From assembly GCA_026397335.1 (NCBI GenBank), contig JAPLVB010000011.1, forward strand, positions 1 to 46,981: DNA of 46,981 nucleotides, read 5' to 3'. The notes below the pieces were generated by a model. That model worked only from the letters and a program-made list of their open reading frames with translations. It was not told the origin of the DNA and made no database searches. Within the stretch, counting starts at the first letter, position 1; every line of letters starts with the position of its first letter. This stretch comes from Candidatus Aenigmatarchaeota archaeon (lineage in GTDB: Archaea > Aenigmatarchaeota > Aenigmatarchaeia > QMZP01). A program made the translations under genes and the position numbers. Shown here piece after piece: positions 1-8,164 of the stretch.

Positions 1-510
1 GAAAGGGGCTTCAGGGAGTTCAGAAAATGGGGTCTTGGCCTGTGGGTGATATCACAGGTGCTTATGGACTTCAAGGGAACGATAAGGGCGAACATCTCGA
101 ATGAAATCCAGATGAGAACCAAGTACACAGGAGACATAAAGAGGATAAGCCAGAAGTACGGATTCCAGTATGCATCAACTTCAACCAAGCTCAAGACAGG
201 AACAGGACTGGTGCAGAATGCAGAATACAATGAAGGCAAGCCTTATTTCATAGAATTCAGACCGCTACTTCATGATACAGGCAGATTGAGCGAAGAGGAG
301 ATAGCCGAGTATATTAAGTACGATACAGAAATTATAAAAATAGAGAAGAAAGTTGCCGAGCTGAAAGCAAAAGGAGGAGACATAGCAGATATAGAATTCG
401 AGCTCAAGCTTGCCAAAGACAAGGCAAGGCAAACCATGTTCACAATGGCAAAGACATACATAGACTCAATAAAGAACAGGCTCGCAAAACAGGGCGTTAC
501 AATGGATTAA
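1..510 (+). CDS. hypothetical protein, probably 5'-partial; helical K/E-rich C-terminus
   Basis: Frame 1 is open from base 1 to the TAA at 508-510. The GTG at 46 is only the first in-window start candidate. No family motif recognised. Confidence 0.4.
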   Translation, partial: ERGFREFRKWGLGLWVISQVLMDFKGTIRANISNEIQMRTKYTGDIKRISQKYGFQYASTSTKLKTGTGLVQNAEYNEGKPYFIEFRPLLHDTGRLSEEEIAEYIKYDTEIIKIEKKVAELKAKGGDIADIEFELKLAKDKARQTMFTMAKTYIDSIKNRLAKQGVTMD

Positions 511-534
511 GCGACTGAAGAATGGTGTAATCGA

Positions 535-2256
535 ATGGCAAAAGTAAAGGAACCCCCAGAAGAACTGCAGAGGCAGAAAGAGGACATAGAAAACCTGCTC
601 TCCTCTCTTGAAGCAGGTTTTGCTGAAGGCAGCATAACTCAGGAGCATTACAAAGAGGTAAAGCAAAAAAACCTGGAGAAGCTGGAAGAGATAAAAAAGA
701 AACTGAAGCTGTCTGAAAAACAAGCCCAGAAAAAGGCCGAGAATGAAGCTCCTGAAAAAGCAGAAGCTCAGCCAAAGGAACCGCTGCCAAAGGAGGAAAA
801 GAAGGAAGAAAAGAAGGAAGAAAAGAAGGAAGAAAAGAAGCCCGGAATACTGGGGGAACTCTCCTCGAAAATATCCGGCGAGAGGGAATCAAACGAGGAA
901 AAAATAAAGGAAAAGATAATAATGGAGTTCTCGCCCAAGATAGAAAAAATCAACATCCGGCTTGTTAAGCTTAAGGCCTTTCTGGATGCAATGAAAGAGG
1001 ACAAAACGGGTGAGAGGGAGAATACCCAGCATATAAATGAAGAGCTTGGCGAGACGCGCTCTGCCCTGAGCAGCATAGAGGGCAGGCTCAGCGAGATGGA
1101 AATGAAGCTTGAGGATGCGACAGAGACGCTGGCAGACCTAAAGCCCCAGAGATTTGCAAAGGAGATTCAAAAGAAAGAAGAAGAGCTCAAGATGCACGAA
1201 GCAAGGCTGGAGAAACTGGATGACATGAACTCCACCATTCTCAAGAGGGTTAACCAGATACAAATCATTCTTGAGAAACTCGGGAACATAGAAAGCATAG
1301 CCACGATGACGAAAGACATCTCTAAAAAGCTCGTGTCAATAGACGACAAGGAGAAGAAGATAACAAGGCTTGCAGACAAGATAGATAACATGTTCGTGGA
1401 AATAAACAAGAGGCTTGAGGAATTCATGTTCTACAAAGCCAAGCAGGACTCCCTTGACGACCTTTCAAAGGAAATGCTCAAATCCATGGACGAACTGACA
1501 ACAAAACTCACAAGATACGCTGAGAAAGATGACCTGGAGATTCTCAGAGACACGTTGGAAAACAAGATTAATACAATCATGAAGGAGGGAGGAACTCCAA
1601 GCGTCTCCAAGCAGTTGCAGCAGGAAAAATCTGAGGTAGAATCGCTGATGAAACTGCTTGATGAGCAGTTCAAGAAAGGCCAGATGTCCAAGAAAGACTA
1701 TGAGAAAGCAAAAGAAGCCAATCTGCAAAAAATCAGGGAGATGGAAGCAACACCGCAAAAAGCAGCACTTCCAATCCCGGCAGAGAGCGAGGAAACCATA
1801 ATAGAGCAGGCGCCTGCGATTGAAGAAGAGATTCCAGAATCGCAATCCGGACTAGAGCAGGCAGCGAAAATTGCCCAGGCTCCAGAAATCCAGCCAACTC
1901 CGAAGAAAGAAGCGAAGGAGGAAAAACAGGCTCCTGCCAAACCAACACCCAGCAAGAAAGTCGCTTCCCGCGAGGAAGAGCCTAGCCAGAAGACAGTTAC
2001 AAAGGAAGAAATCGCGAAAAAAATAGGAAAAGCGAAAGAAGGCGGAAAGGAGACAGAAGTCGGCAAAGCCGACTTCCAACCAAAATCCGCCTTCATTTCA
2101 GAGTCTGAGAAGCCAATCCAGCTAAAGTCTGCGAAACCGCCTGACAAGAAACAGAAGATGCTTGCCGACCTTGAATATTCATTCAGAAAGGGTCTCATAA
2201 GCCAGAAGGCCTATGAAACTGCTCAGAAGATGATAATGGCAAAAAGTTTTGACTAA
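535..2256 (+). CDS. 573-aa coiled-coil protein with three SHOCT-like motifs and a KEEKK low-complexity run
   Basis: E/K/L-rich heptad-like sequence throughout. The pattern L..L...F..G.I[ST]...Y...K...L occurs three times, at about aa 18-50, 368-400 and 541-573. No TM segment or Walker motif. Confidence 0.6.
   Translation: MAKVKEPPEELQRQKEDIENLLSSLEAGFAEGSITQEHYKEVKQKNLEKLEEIKKKLKLSEKQAQKKAENEAPEKAEAQPKEPLPKEEKKEEKKEEKKEEKKPGILGELSSKISGERESNEEKIKEKIIMEFSPKIEKINIRLVKLKAFLDAMKEDKTGERENTQHINEELGETRSALSSIEGRLSEMEMKLEDATETLADLKPQRFAKEIQKKEEELKMHEARLEKLDDMNSTILKRVNQIQIILEKLGNIESIATMTKDISKKLVSIDDKEKKITRLADKIDNMFVEINKRLEEFMFYKAKQDSLDDLSKEMLKSMDELTTKLTRYAEKDDLEILRDTLENKINTIMKEGGTPSVSKQLQQEKSEVESLMKLLDEQFKKGQMSKKDYEKAKEANLQKIREMEATPQKAALPIPAESEETIIEQAPAIEEEIPESQSGLEQAAKIAQAPEIQPTPKKEAKEEKQAPAKPTPSKKVASREEEPSQKTVTKEEIAKKIGKAKEGGKETEVGKADFQPKSAFISESEKPIQLKSAKPPDKKQKMLADLEYSFRKGLISQKAYETAQKMIMAKSFD
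790..840 (+). repeat. 12-nt tandem repeat (gaaggaagaaaa, about 4 units) encoding (KEEK)n
   Basis: Perfect units at 801-812, 813-824 and 825-836, with a partial unit on each side. Lies inside the ORF 535-2256. Confidence 0.9.
2038..2094. repeat. 57-nt nested-hairpin element (copy A) inside a coding sequence
   Basis: Outer stem GAAGGCGGA (2038-2046) pairs with TCCGCCTTC (2086-2094). Inner hairpin is GAAGTCGGC-AAA-GCCGACTTC (2056-2076). It has the same architecture and length as 10189-10245. Confidence 0.8.
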
Positions 2257-2272
2257 TTGGCAGGTTTAGATC

Positions 2273-2746
2273 ATGGAAAACAAAGAAAGGAAAATCGGGT
2301 TTATTGTTGTTTTCTTCTTCATGCTGTTCCTGTGGATGCTTCTGACAGGATTCACATACGAGGAAATTATAGCAGGATCCATAGCATCGCTTATAACAGC
2401 TGCCATGAGTTATAGACTTTTTACTTGGGAAAAAAGCTACCCAAGGCGTCTCCTCTGGCTGCTGGCTTATATCCCTTACTACATTTATGCAGAAATTATG
2501 GCCCATTTGGAAGTTATCTACCTTATCCTTACCGGAAAAATAAACCCCGGCATTGTTGAGATTGACAATCCCCACAGCTCGGATTTCGGAACAACCGCCC
2601 TGGCGAATTCAATAACAATGACCCCTGGAACTCTCACGCTCGAGACAAAGCCGGGCAAGCTTTACATTCACTGGCTTAACATGAAGAAAGACAAAAAGGC
2701 AATAGCAAGCGGATTTGAAAGGTTCCTCAGAATGGTGTGGCAATGA
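2273..2746 (+). CDS. mrpE: Mrp/Mnh-type cation:proton antiporter subunit E
   Basis: 157 aa with N-terminal TM helices, then ANSITMTPGTLTLE...LYIHWLN, which matches the conserved MnhE core. Confidence 0.75.
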   Translation: MENKERKIGFIVVFFFMLFLWMLLTGFTYEEIIAGSIASLITAAMSYRLFTWEKSYPRRLLWLLAYIPYYIYAEIMAHLEVIYLILTGKINPGIVEIDNPHSSDFGTTALANSITMTPGTLTLETKPGKLYIHWLNMKKDKKAIASGFERFLRMVWQ

Positions 2747-3000
2747 CATATGAAATCCCGATATATATCCTGCTCGCAGCCTCGGCGTTCTGCCTTGTGC
2801 GCATAGCAAGGGGGCCTTCCATCCCCGACAGGGTGCTGGCTACAGACACATTCCTCTCAATAATAATATCCATAATGGTTTTGCTCTCTCTGGAAACAAA
2901 CGATTTCCTGATGGACATCGCAATAGTTTATGCAGTGCTGGGTTTCCTTGGCACAATAGCAGTATCAAAATATCTGGAAGTAAGAAAGCTGGGTGAATGA
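2737..3000 (+). CDS. mrpF: Mrp/Mnh-type antiporter subunit F
   Basis: 87 aa, 3 TM, with an RIARGPSIPDRVLATDT motif typical of MnhF/PhaF. Overlaps mrpE by 10 nt. Confidence 0.75.
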   Translation: MAMTYEIPIYILLAASAFCLVRIARGPSIPDRVLATDTFLSIIISIMVLLSLETNDFLMDIAIVYAVLGFLGTIAVSKYLEVRKLGE

Positions 3001-3415
3001 TATGATAGGATGGATTCTGATATTTACAGGCTCTATAATATCAGTTATAGGAGCTTTAGGGCTGATCCGCTTCCCTGACATATACAGCAGAACTCATGCC
3101 CAGACAGTGGTCAATGTTGGGGGAACATGCGTCATACTTCTGGGAGTTTTTTTCCAGGCACCTTTCTTCTCTTTATACTCCGTAAAATCCATTCTCCTTA
3201 TAATCTTCATATTCCTCACCTCGCCCGTGGGCTCCCATGCTATTGCCCGCGCAGCCTACAAATCCGGGGTGAAGCCTAGGAAAATCCATGAAGATGAACT
3301 GGGATACAAAATAATCAAGGATGAAAAGCCGTTCGTTCGAGAGAAGGAATACGAAAAAACAAACCAATCAGGATATAAATTCAGAAAAAGAAGATTCTTC
3401 AAAAGGAGGCCTTAG
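2993..3415 (+). CDS. mrpG: Mrp/Mnh-type antiporter subunit G with a basic C-terminal tail
   Basis: GLIRFPDIYSRTHAQT motif typical of MnhG. Overlaps mrpF by 8 nt. Has an extra K/R-rich tail of about 45 aa. Confidence 0.75.
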   Translation: MNDMIGWILIFTGSIISVIGALGLIRFPDIYSRTHAQTVVNVGGTCVILLGVFFQAPFFSLYSVKSILLIIFIFLTSPVGSHAIARAAYKSGVKPRKIHEDELGYKIIKDEKPFVREKEYEKTNQSGYKFRKRRFFKRRP

Positions 3416-3417
3416 AA

Positions 3418-3457
3418 AGAAGGCATCTGCAGACGCCTTCTGTCGAAGTGCGCCTTC
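3418..3457. repeat. GAAGG/CCTTC hairpin element (copy G), 3 nt after the mrpG stop
   Basis: AGAAGGCATCTGCAGACGCCTTCT (3418-3441) is a 24-nt palindrome with one A/C mismatch. It is followed by a second GCGCCTTC arm (3450-3457). It shares the GAAAGAAGG 5' flank with copies A and C. Confidence 0.6.
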
Positions 3458-3469
3458 AATAGAGGTAAT

Positions 3470-3709
3470 ATGAGAAAAAAAGAATTCCCATACACACCTC
3501 TTGGCAGGATTGCAAAGAAATCCGGGGCAAAGCGAATCTCGGACTCCGCGCTGAAAGCCATGAGGAATATGCTGCTGGAAGAGGCTGAAGAGAAGGCAAG
3601 AGATATAGTCACTGTTGCAGAGCACTCCGGAAGGAAGACCGTCCTGCGGAGGGACGTGCAGTTCGTGCTGAAGAGGAAGAAGACTGAAGCCCCGGACAGT
3701 TCATTATGA
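3470..3709 (+). CDS. archaeal histone-fold protein with short K-rich N- and C-terminal extensions
   Basis: PLGRIAKKSGAKRISDSA...AEHSGRKTVLRRDVQFVL aligns with HMf-type histones (PIGRIIK..GAERVSD...HAGRKTIKAEDIELA). GAGGT lies 6 nt upstream of the ATG. Confidence 0.8.
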   Translation: MRKKEFPYTPLGRIAKKSGAKRISDSALKAMRNMLLEEAEEKARDIVTVAEHSGRKTVLRRDVQFVLKRKKTEAPDSSL

Positions 3710-4203
3710 TAAGAATCAGGCCTGCAAAGCCATCCGACATCATGGGAATCCAGGAAATCGAAAGGAGCTATTACGAAGGCTTCTCCTGCCCCGATAGCAT
3801 CATGGAATCATGGATAAGCACAGGGAGATTCCTGCTGACAGAAGAAAGCGGCAAGATACTCGGATTCATGTTCTTTGAATACGTGAATAAAGCGGAGGCT
3901 CTTCCCTTCATTCACAAACCGCTGGGGAACTCGAGAGGGAAATATTGCTATATCTCCGAGGTCGGGACATCCGGGAGACCTGGTGTTCTGGAAGGATTGA
4001 TGGAAAGCGTAATCAGGAAGTCCAAAGGAAACGGCTGCAACGTGGTGATTTGGCTGACCGGCTCCAAGAGCAGGCACGACAGGATCGAATCCGATTTCCT
4101 GCTCAAGGAAAGTTTCATGAAAATAAGCAACGTAAGGCATTGGGAAGCATATCCCGGCCACTTCGTGCACGACCATCATATCTGGATGAAGAAAATCTCG
4201 TAG
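3706..4203 (+). CDS. GNAT-family N-acetyltransferase
   Basis: 165 aa with GNAT-like size and layout. It has the MIRIRPAKPSDIMGIQEIE N-terminus typical of RimI-like enzymes and the beta4-alpha3 region YISEVGTSGRPGVLEGLMESV. Its ATG overlaps the histone TGA (ATGA at 3706-3709). Confidence 0.6.
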   Translation: MIRIRPAKPSDIMGIQEIERSYYEGFSCPDSIMESWISTGRFLLTEESGKILGFMFFEYVNKAEALPFIHKPLGNSRGKYCYISEVGTSGRPGVLEGLMESVIRKSKGNGCNVVIWLTGSKSRHDRIESDFLLKESFMKISNVRHWEAYPGHFVHDHHIWMKKIS

Positions 4204-4207
4204 CATC

Positions 4208-5200
4208 CTACTTCCTGAAAGCCCCTGCCACCACAAGCGGGAATATTATCGTGGCGTCCCCGTAGACCTTCACGCTTTTTGCCTCTGGCCTGATTTTTCC
4301 CCAGGAAACAGCCTCGTCCGGCCTTGCCCCTGCATCCGACCCGTCGAATTCCTGCGCCGTATTTATGTAAACAGCATAATCCGCCCCGTCTCTGAAAAGA
4401 TTTGCATTGCAAATGTGATGCTTGATTAGGCCTGCACCAAGGAGGATTATCCCTGTCTTTTCTGCGTTTATGGCGATGTCGTTTATCCTTATCAGGTCAT
4501 CCACCATGTCTATTCTGAAATCCTTGTTCTTCTTCTTGAAGAAGTATGTCATGTCCCCGAATGAGCCGTCTGTCAGGGCGGGACAGAAGACCGGAATATC
4601 ATTTTTGTAGGCCCAGTAATAAATGGATTGCTCATTGTTTATCTCCTTCCCCAACTCGCGGATTATCTCTGAGGGAGAGAGAACACGGTTCTCTTTCTTC
4701 TGCTTTTCTAACATTTTTGACAGAAAAATATTCATGAACTTCTCGAACTTTATATACCTGTCATTGGGCACGAACACGTTCCCTATCCTGTTTATTCCCT
4801 TCTCCCTCAGCTCCGCCCCTTTGGCATCAAACCTTCCCAGAACGAAAGGCTTCAGGCACTTTATTATATCCTCCTCTATACCGCCGGCAGTGGTTACAAG
4901 CACCTGCACAAGCCTGTTTTTTACAAGATACTGAATAACATCTCTTATTCCCGAGCTCACCATATTGGATGTGTATCCGAAAAAAATCGTGACATTATCC
5001 TCTCGCATTTTTTTCACGACTTGGATGGCCCTCGCAAGGTTTGTGGCTTGGAAGCCCGTGCTCATGTAATTTTCCAGAAACCTGTCAAAATCAAGGCCAT
5101 TCTCGAAATCATAGCCCTTTATGTCAATTCCCTTCAGAGCAGAGCTTTTTTTGAAGACAGCTCCCTTCGCCTTTCCAACTTTGGCTTTCATTGGACCCAC
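4208..5200 (-). CDS. dys: deoxyhypusine synthase
   Basis: 330 aa with [13 protein letters not shown]...[14 protein letters not shown]...[25 protein letters not shown], which are hallmark DHS motifs. Confidence 0.9.
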   Translation of the reverse strand: MGPMKAKVGKAKGAVFKKSSALKGIDIKGYDFENGLDFDRFLENYMSTGFQATNLARAIQVVKKMREDNVTIFFGYTSNMVSSGIRDVIQYLVKNRLVQVLVTTAGGIEEDIIKCLKPFVLGRFDAKGAELREKGINRIGNVFVPNDRYIKFEKFMNIFLSKMLEKQKKENRVLSPSEIIRELGKEINNEQSIYYWAYKNDIPVFCPALTDGSFGDMTYFFKKKNKDFRIDMVDDLIRINDIAINAEKTGIILLGAGLIKHHICNANLFRDGADYAVYINTAQEFDGSDAGARPDEAVSWGKIRPEAKSVKVYGDATIIFPLVVAGAFRK

Positions 5201-5396
5201 CTACTCATTAGAAAGATTCTCACGTAAAGCATAGCACCACAAGAAACCGGTTTATATAGGAAACTTTAAGACTCCCAAAATCAGGTTAAGAGAGAATCCC
5301 TTGGCTTCCATAATTCTTTATCCTCAGTAGTTTTTATAAAGGTTTATTAATTTGCAGCCACATAATATTTCACAGTAAAATTTAACGGTTATTCTG

Positions 5397-5795
5397 ATGG
5401 TTACAAAACCCACTCAAATAAAGAGCCTTAAAGTAGGGCATTTCGTGATGTCAGAGGATGGCGAGCCCTGCAGGATTGTGGACATAACCATTTCCAAGCC
5501 AGGGAAGCACGGCTCCACGAAGGCAAGGGTGGATGTGATGGGGATTTTTGACAACCGCCGGCGCTCAATTCTCAGGCCATCTTCAGACGAGCTGGATGTG
5601 CCTGTCATAGAAAAAAGGAAGGCCCAGGTGATATCAGTCTCAGGCGACATAGCGGAACTCATGGACCTTGAAACCTACGAGACGTTCTCTGCCTCCATTC
5701 CCGACGAGTTCAAGGGCAAGCTCGAGCCCGGAGGGGAAATCAGCTACTGGAAAATCGAGAACAGGGTTATTATAAAACAGTTCTCTTCTGAATAA
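5397..5795 (+). CDS. eif5a: translation initiation factor 5A (aIF5A)
   Basis: SKPGKHGSTKARV hypusination loop, 132 aa, divergent from dys. Confidence 0.9.
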   Translation: MVTKPTQIKSLKVGHFVMSEDGEPCRIVDITISKPGKHGSTKARVDVMGIFDNRRRSILRPSSDELDVPVIEKRKAQVISVSGDIAELMDLETYETFSASIPDEFKGKLEPGGEISYWKIENRVIIKQFSSE

Positions 5796-5796
5796 A

Positions 5797-6744
5797 CTAT
5801 CTCCACAGCTCGCAGGTCTTGCATATCTCCTTGGAGGAAGGTTCTCCGCATTTCTTGCAGTAATAAAGCTCTCCTATCTCTTTCTCCATCTGGCTTCTGA
5901 GCGAAGGCAGAATCCTGTCAAAAGTCTCAAGAATCGAGAATTTTATCCCTGAATGCTTCTCTTCCAATTTGTTCACAAAGTCTCTGACTTCCAGCCGCAG
6001 TCCGCACCTGTACGGGCATTCTTTGTTGTGATACTTCAGTCCAGAAAGAATTGCATAAAGCGCAACCTCTTTCTCAGGAATAATCCTGAGGGGCTTTATC
6101 CTTCCTATGAACTTCCCGTTGCGTACAATCGGCTCAGGACCCATTCTTGATGCCCTGTAAAGGTCTCCCCTTATGTAGTTCATGAGCACCGCCTGGCTCT
6201 CATCATCCAGGTTGTGACCTGTACAAAGCTTGGTTAGTTTCAGTTCCCTGGACTTCTTATTCAGCAGATATCTCCTAGCCACACCGCACAGTGTGCAGGA
6301 AACCTCTATCCCGCATTCCTTTCCGGATTTTTTGACCTGCCTGACTTTCTGGTCCAGTGTCTTACCAAACTCCTTCCTGAAGGAGTAAACATAATGCCTT
6401 ATCCCGAGCTTTCTGCACAACTCCTTCGCGTATTTCAGGCTGGATTCCCTGTATCCCCTTATACCCTCATCAAGAGAAATGGACACAATCTCAATATCCC
6501 TTCTCGGGCTCAGTATCTTGTGCATAAGATAAAGAGTAACCATTGAGTCCTTTCCTCCAGAAACACCAATCCCAATCTTATCTCCAGGCTTTACAAGATT
6601 GTGTATCCTTATGTTCTTCTTTACCTTCCTCTCCACAGACTGCAGGAAGTGCACCTTACAAAGATAGCTTCCTTCATACTTCCTGAAAATAACAGCAGGC
6701 TTCCCACACTTGCACAGAGGCTTTTTCTGGCTCATAAAAACCAC
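5797..6744 (-). CDS. PP-loop tRNA 2-thiolation enzyme (TtuA/Ncs6 family)
   Basis: SGGKDS PP-loop, N-terminal CxC...C and C-terminal CKKCG...CKTC zinc fingers, and central CTLCG...GHNLDD. Confidence 0.8.
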   Translation of the reverse strand: MVFMSQKKPLCKCGKPAVIFRKYEGSYLCKVHFLQSVERKVKKNIRIHNLVKPGDKIGIGVSGGKDSMVTLYLMHKILSPRRDIEIVSISLDEGIRGYRESSLKYAKELCRKLGIRHYVYSFRKEFGKTLDQKVRQVKKSGKECGIEVSCTLCGVARRYLLNKKSRELKLTKLCTGHNLDDESQAVLMNYIRGDLYRASRMGPEPIVRNGKFIGRIKPLRIIPEKEVALYAILSGLKYHNKECPYRCGLRLEVRDFVNKLEEKHSGIKFSILETFDRILPSLRSQMEKEIGELYYCKKCGEPSSKEICKTCELWR

Positions 6745-6778
6745 TTGGTTTGGTGCTTATTAATTTTTAAAGAAACAG

Positions 6779-7072
6779 CTACTTCTTCAGCCGGTTAATA
6801 ACAAAAACGATTACTGAGGACAACAAATACCAGTATAGCAGCACGAATGCCACATCAATGACACTATCTATTAACATAGGAAAAGTATTGAACATGGAGA
6901 GAACCTGCCAGACAGGATCCGATATAAATGAAAACTGAGGATTTTCCTGAAAATGAGAGTGATTAAAAACAGGATAAAAACTGTACAGAAAGAATACCTG
7001 GGATATCAGCACAAAAACAAACAGCTTTCTAAAATCGGGATAAAGAAATTCCTTTACCTTAGCTTTATTCAT
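6779..7072 (-). CDS. small hypothetical membrane protein
   Basis: Two or three hydrophobic helices. I prefer the ATG at 7072 because the longer version (to 7114) would translate the TATA-rich divergent promoter region. Confidence 0.35.
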   Translation of the reverse strand: MNKAKVKEFLYPDFRKLFVFVLISQVFFLYSFYPVFNHSHFQENPQFSFISDPVWQVLSMFNTFPMLIDSVIDVAFVLLYWYLLSSVIVFVINRLKK

Positions 7073-7121
7073 ATATATAATTATTGCCGTCTTATAGATA
7101 TAAATTGCATACAAAAATAAT
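7073..7121. promoter_or_regulatory. A/T-rich bidirectional TATA region
   Basis: atatatataattattgccgtcttatagatataaattgcat places TATA-like boxes about 20-25 nt upstream of both the tRNA 5' end (7122, +) and the ATG at 7072 (-). Confidence 0.35.
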
Positions 7122-7270
7122 GCCGAGGTGGCAGAACCAGGTTAATGCGCTCGTCTCGAAAACGAGTTTCCGAAAGGAAATGCAGGTTCAAAAGCCGAGC
7201 CCTTCTTTCTCGAAAGAAGGTCTAGGCCTCATCCCAAGAAAGGGATTTACTGAGAATCCTGCCCTCGGCG
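7122..7270 (+). tRNA. tRNA-Ser(CGA), class II, with a 64-nt intron in the T-loop (position 59/60 or 60/61)
   Basis: Acceptor GCCGAGG/CCTCGGC plus discriminator G. Anticodon arm CTCGT-CTCGAAA-ACGAG. Variable arm TTTCC-GAA-GGAAA. T-stem GCAGG (7182-7186) and CCTGC (7258-7262) are separated by TTCAAA plus the intron at 7193-7256. Confidence 0.8.
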
Positions 7271-7308
7271 CTCATTCTTTATTTAAACATTTCTACCCAA
7301 TCTCTAAC

Positions 7309-7530
7309 ATGGCAGTAGCTGTAGAAGTGGCAAGAGTCAGGGGAGCTATGCTAAATCGAGGTTATTACTCTAGAATTTCATATGTAGAACCACCCTTACC
7401 AGAACTCTCGCCTGTGAAAACATGGATAAAATCTGATTTTAACTTGTACGATTTGATAAAAGAAACACAAGAATATTGCAGAACTGAAAGAGCCAAAATC
7501 TTAGAACAGCTCAAGAAATACAAGAAATAA
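7309..7530 (+). CDS. hypothetical 73-aa protein
   Basis: This is what remains of track ORF 7084-7530 after removing the part that overlaps the tRNA. First ATG is at 7309. No motif recognised. Confidence 0.25.
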   Translation: MAVAVEVARVRGAMLNRGYYSRISYVEPPLPELSPVKTWIKSDFNLYDLIKETQEYCRTERAKILEQLKKYKK

Positions 7531-7535
7531 CATTC

Positions 7536-8114
7536 TTAGCCCTTTTTATACCTAAGCTCTCCCCTTATTACCTTTTCCTCCTCCCCGCTAAGGTCAATCA
7601 CGATGGAAGGAGGGCCTGAAAGAACCCCACCATCTATGACAAAATTAACTTTGGGAAACTTCACTTGCGATACCTTTTTTATTGGCTGCTTTCCTGAGAG
7701 GTTTGCAGAAGTGGAAACAAAAGGAATCCCTATCTCCCTCACGATTTTTGTTATTGGGTGGCTAGGGATTCTTATCCCTAGAGTAGGTAACGGGGAGACG
7801 TCCCTTAGGAAGAATGGCTCCTTTTTCCTGAAGATAAGAGTGTAAGGGCCTGGCAGGACATTCAGGGACCTTTTACTCTCCACAACCAGGTTCTTGAGAA
7901 TCCATTCAGTGGACGGAGCTATGACTGAAAAGGGATGATCACTCTTCTTTATCCCCCTTATCTTCTTGACAGAAGCAGATATCAAAGCATTGCATCCGAT
8001 ACCATAAACCGTATCAGTCGGGTAAACAAAAATCGATCCTGTCTTCATCTCCTCAATTATTTCGTTCCTCACGTCCTTGTTTCCAAGAATCTCTTCCAGC
8101 TTAACGGTTTTCAT
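7536..8114 (-). CDS. L-threonylcarbamoyladenylate synthase (Sua5/YrdC domain only)
   Basis: VYPTDTVYGIGCNA and the SANLSG motif. I prefer the MKTVKLEEI start at 8114. The upstream ATG at 8147 would overlap the divergent neighbour. Confidence 0.8.
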   Translation of the reverse strand: MKTVKLEEILGNKDVRNEIIEEMKTGSIFVYPTDTVYGIGCNALISASVKKIRGIKKSDHPFSVIAPSTEWILKNLVVESKRSLNVLPGPYTLIFRKKEPFFLRDVSPLPTLGIRIPSHPITKIVREIGIPFVSTSANLSGKQPIKKVSQVKFPKVNFVIDGGVLSGPPSIVIDLSGEEEKVIRGELRYKKG

Positions 8115-8164
8115 ATTTATTTTTATGTTTGTCTCAATATAAATCAACGAGTTGCATTAATATT

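Noticed and set aside
790-840. The 12-nt tandem repeat as a regulatory or phase-variation element
   Set aside because: The unit length is a multiple of three and lies within a K/E-rich coding region. It most simply encodes a (KEEK)n low-complexity linker. Copy-number variation would stay in frame.
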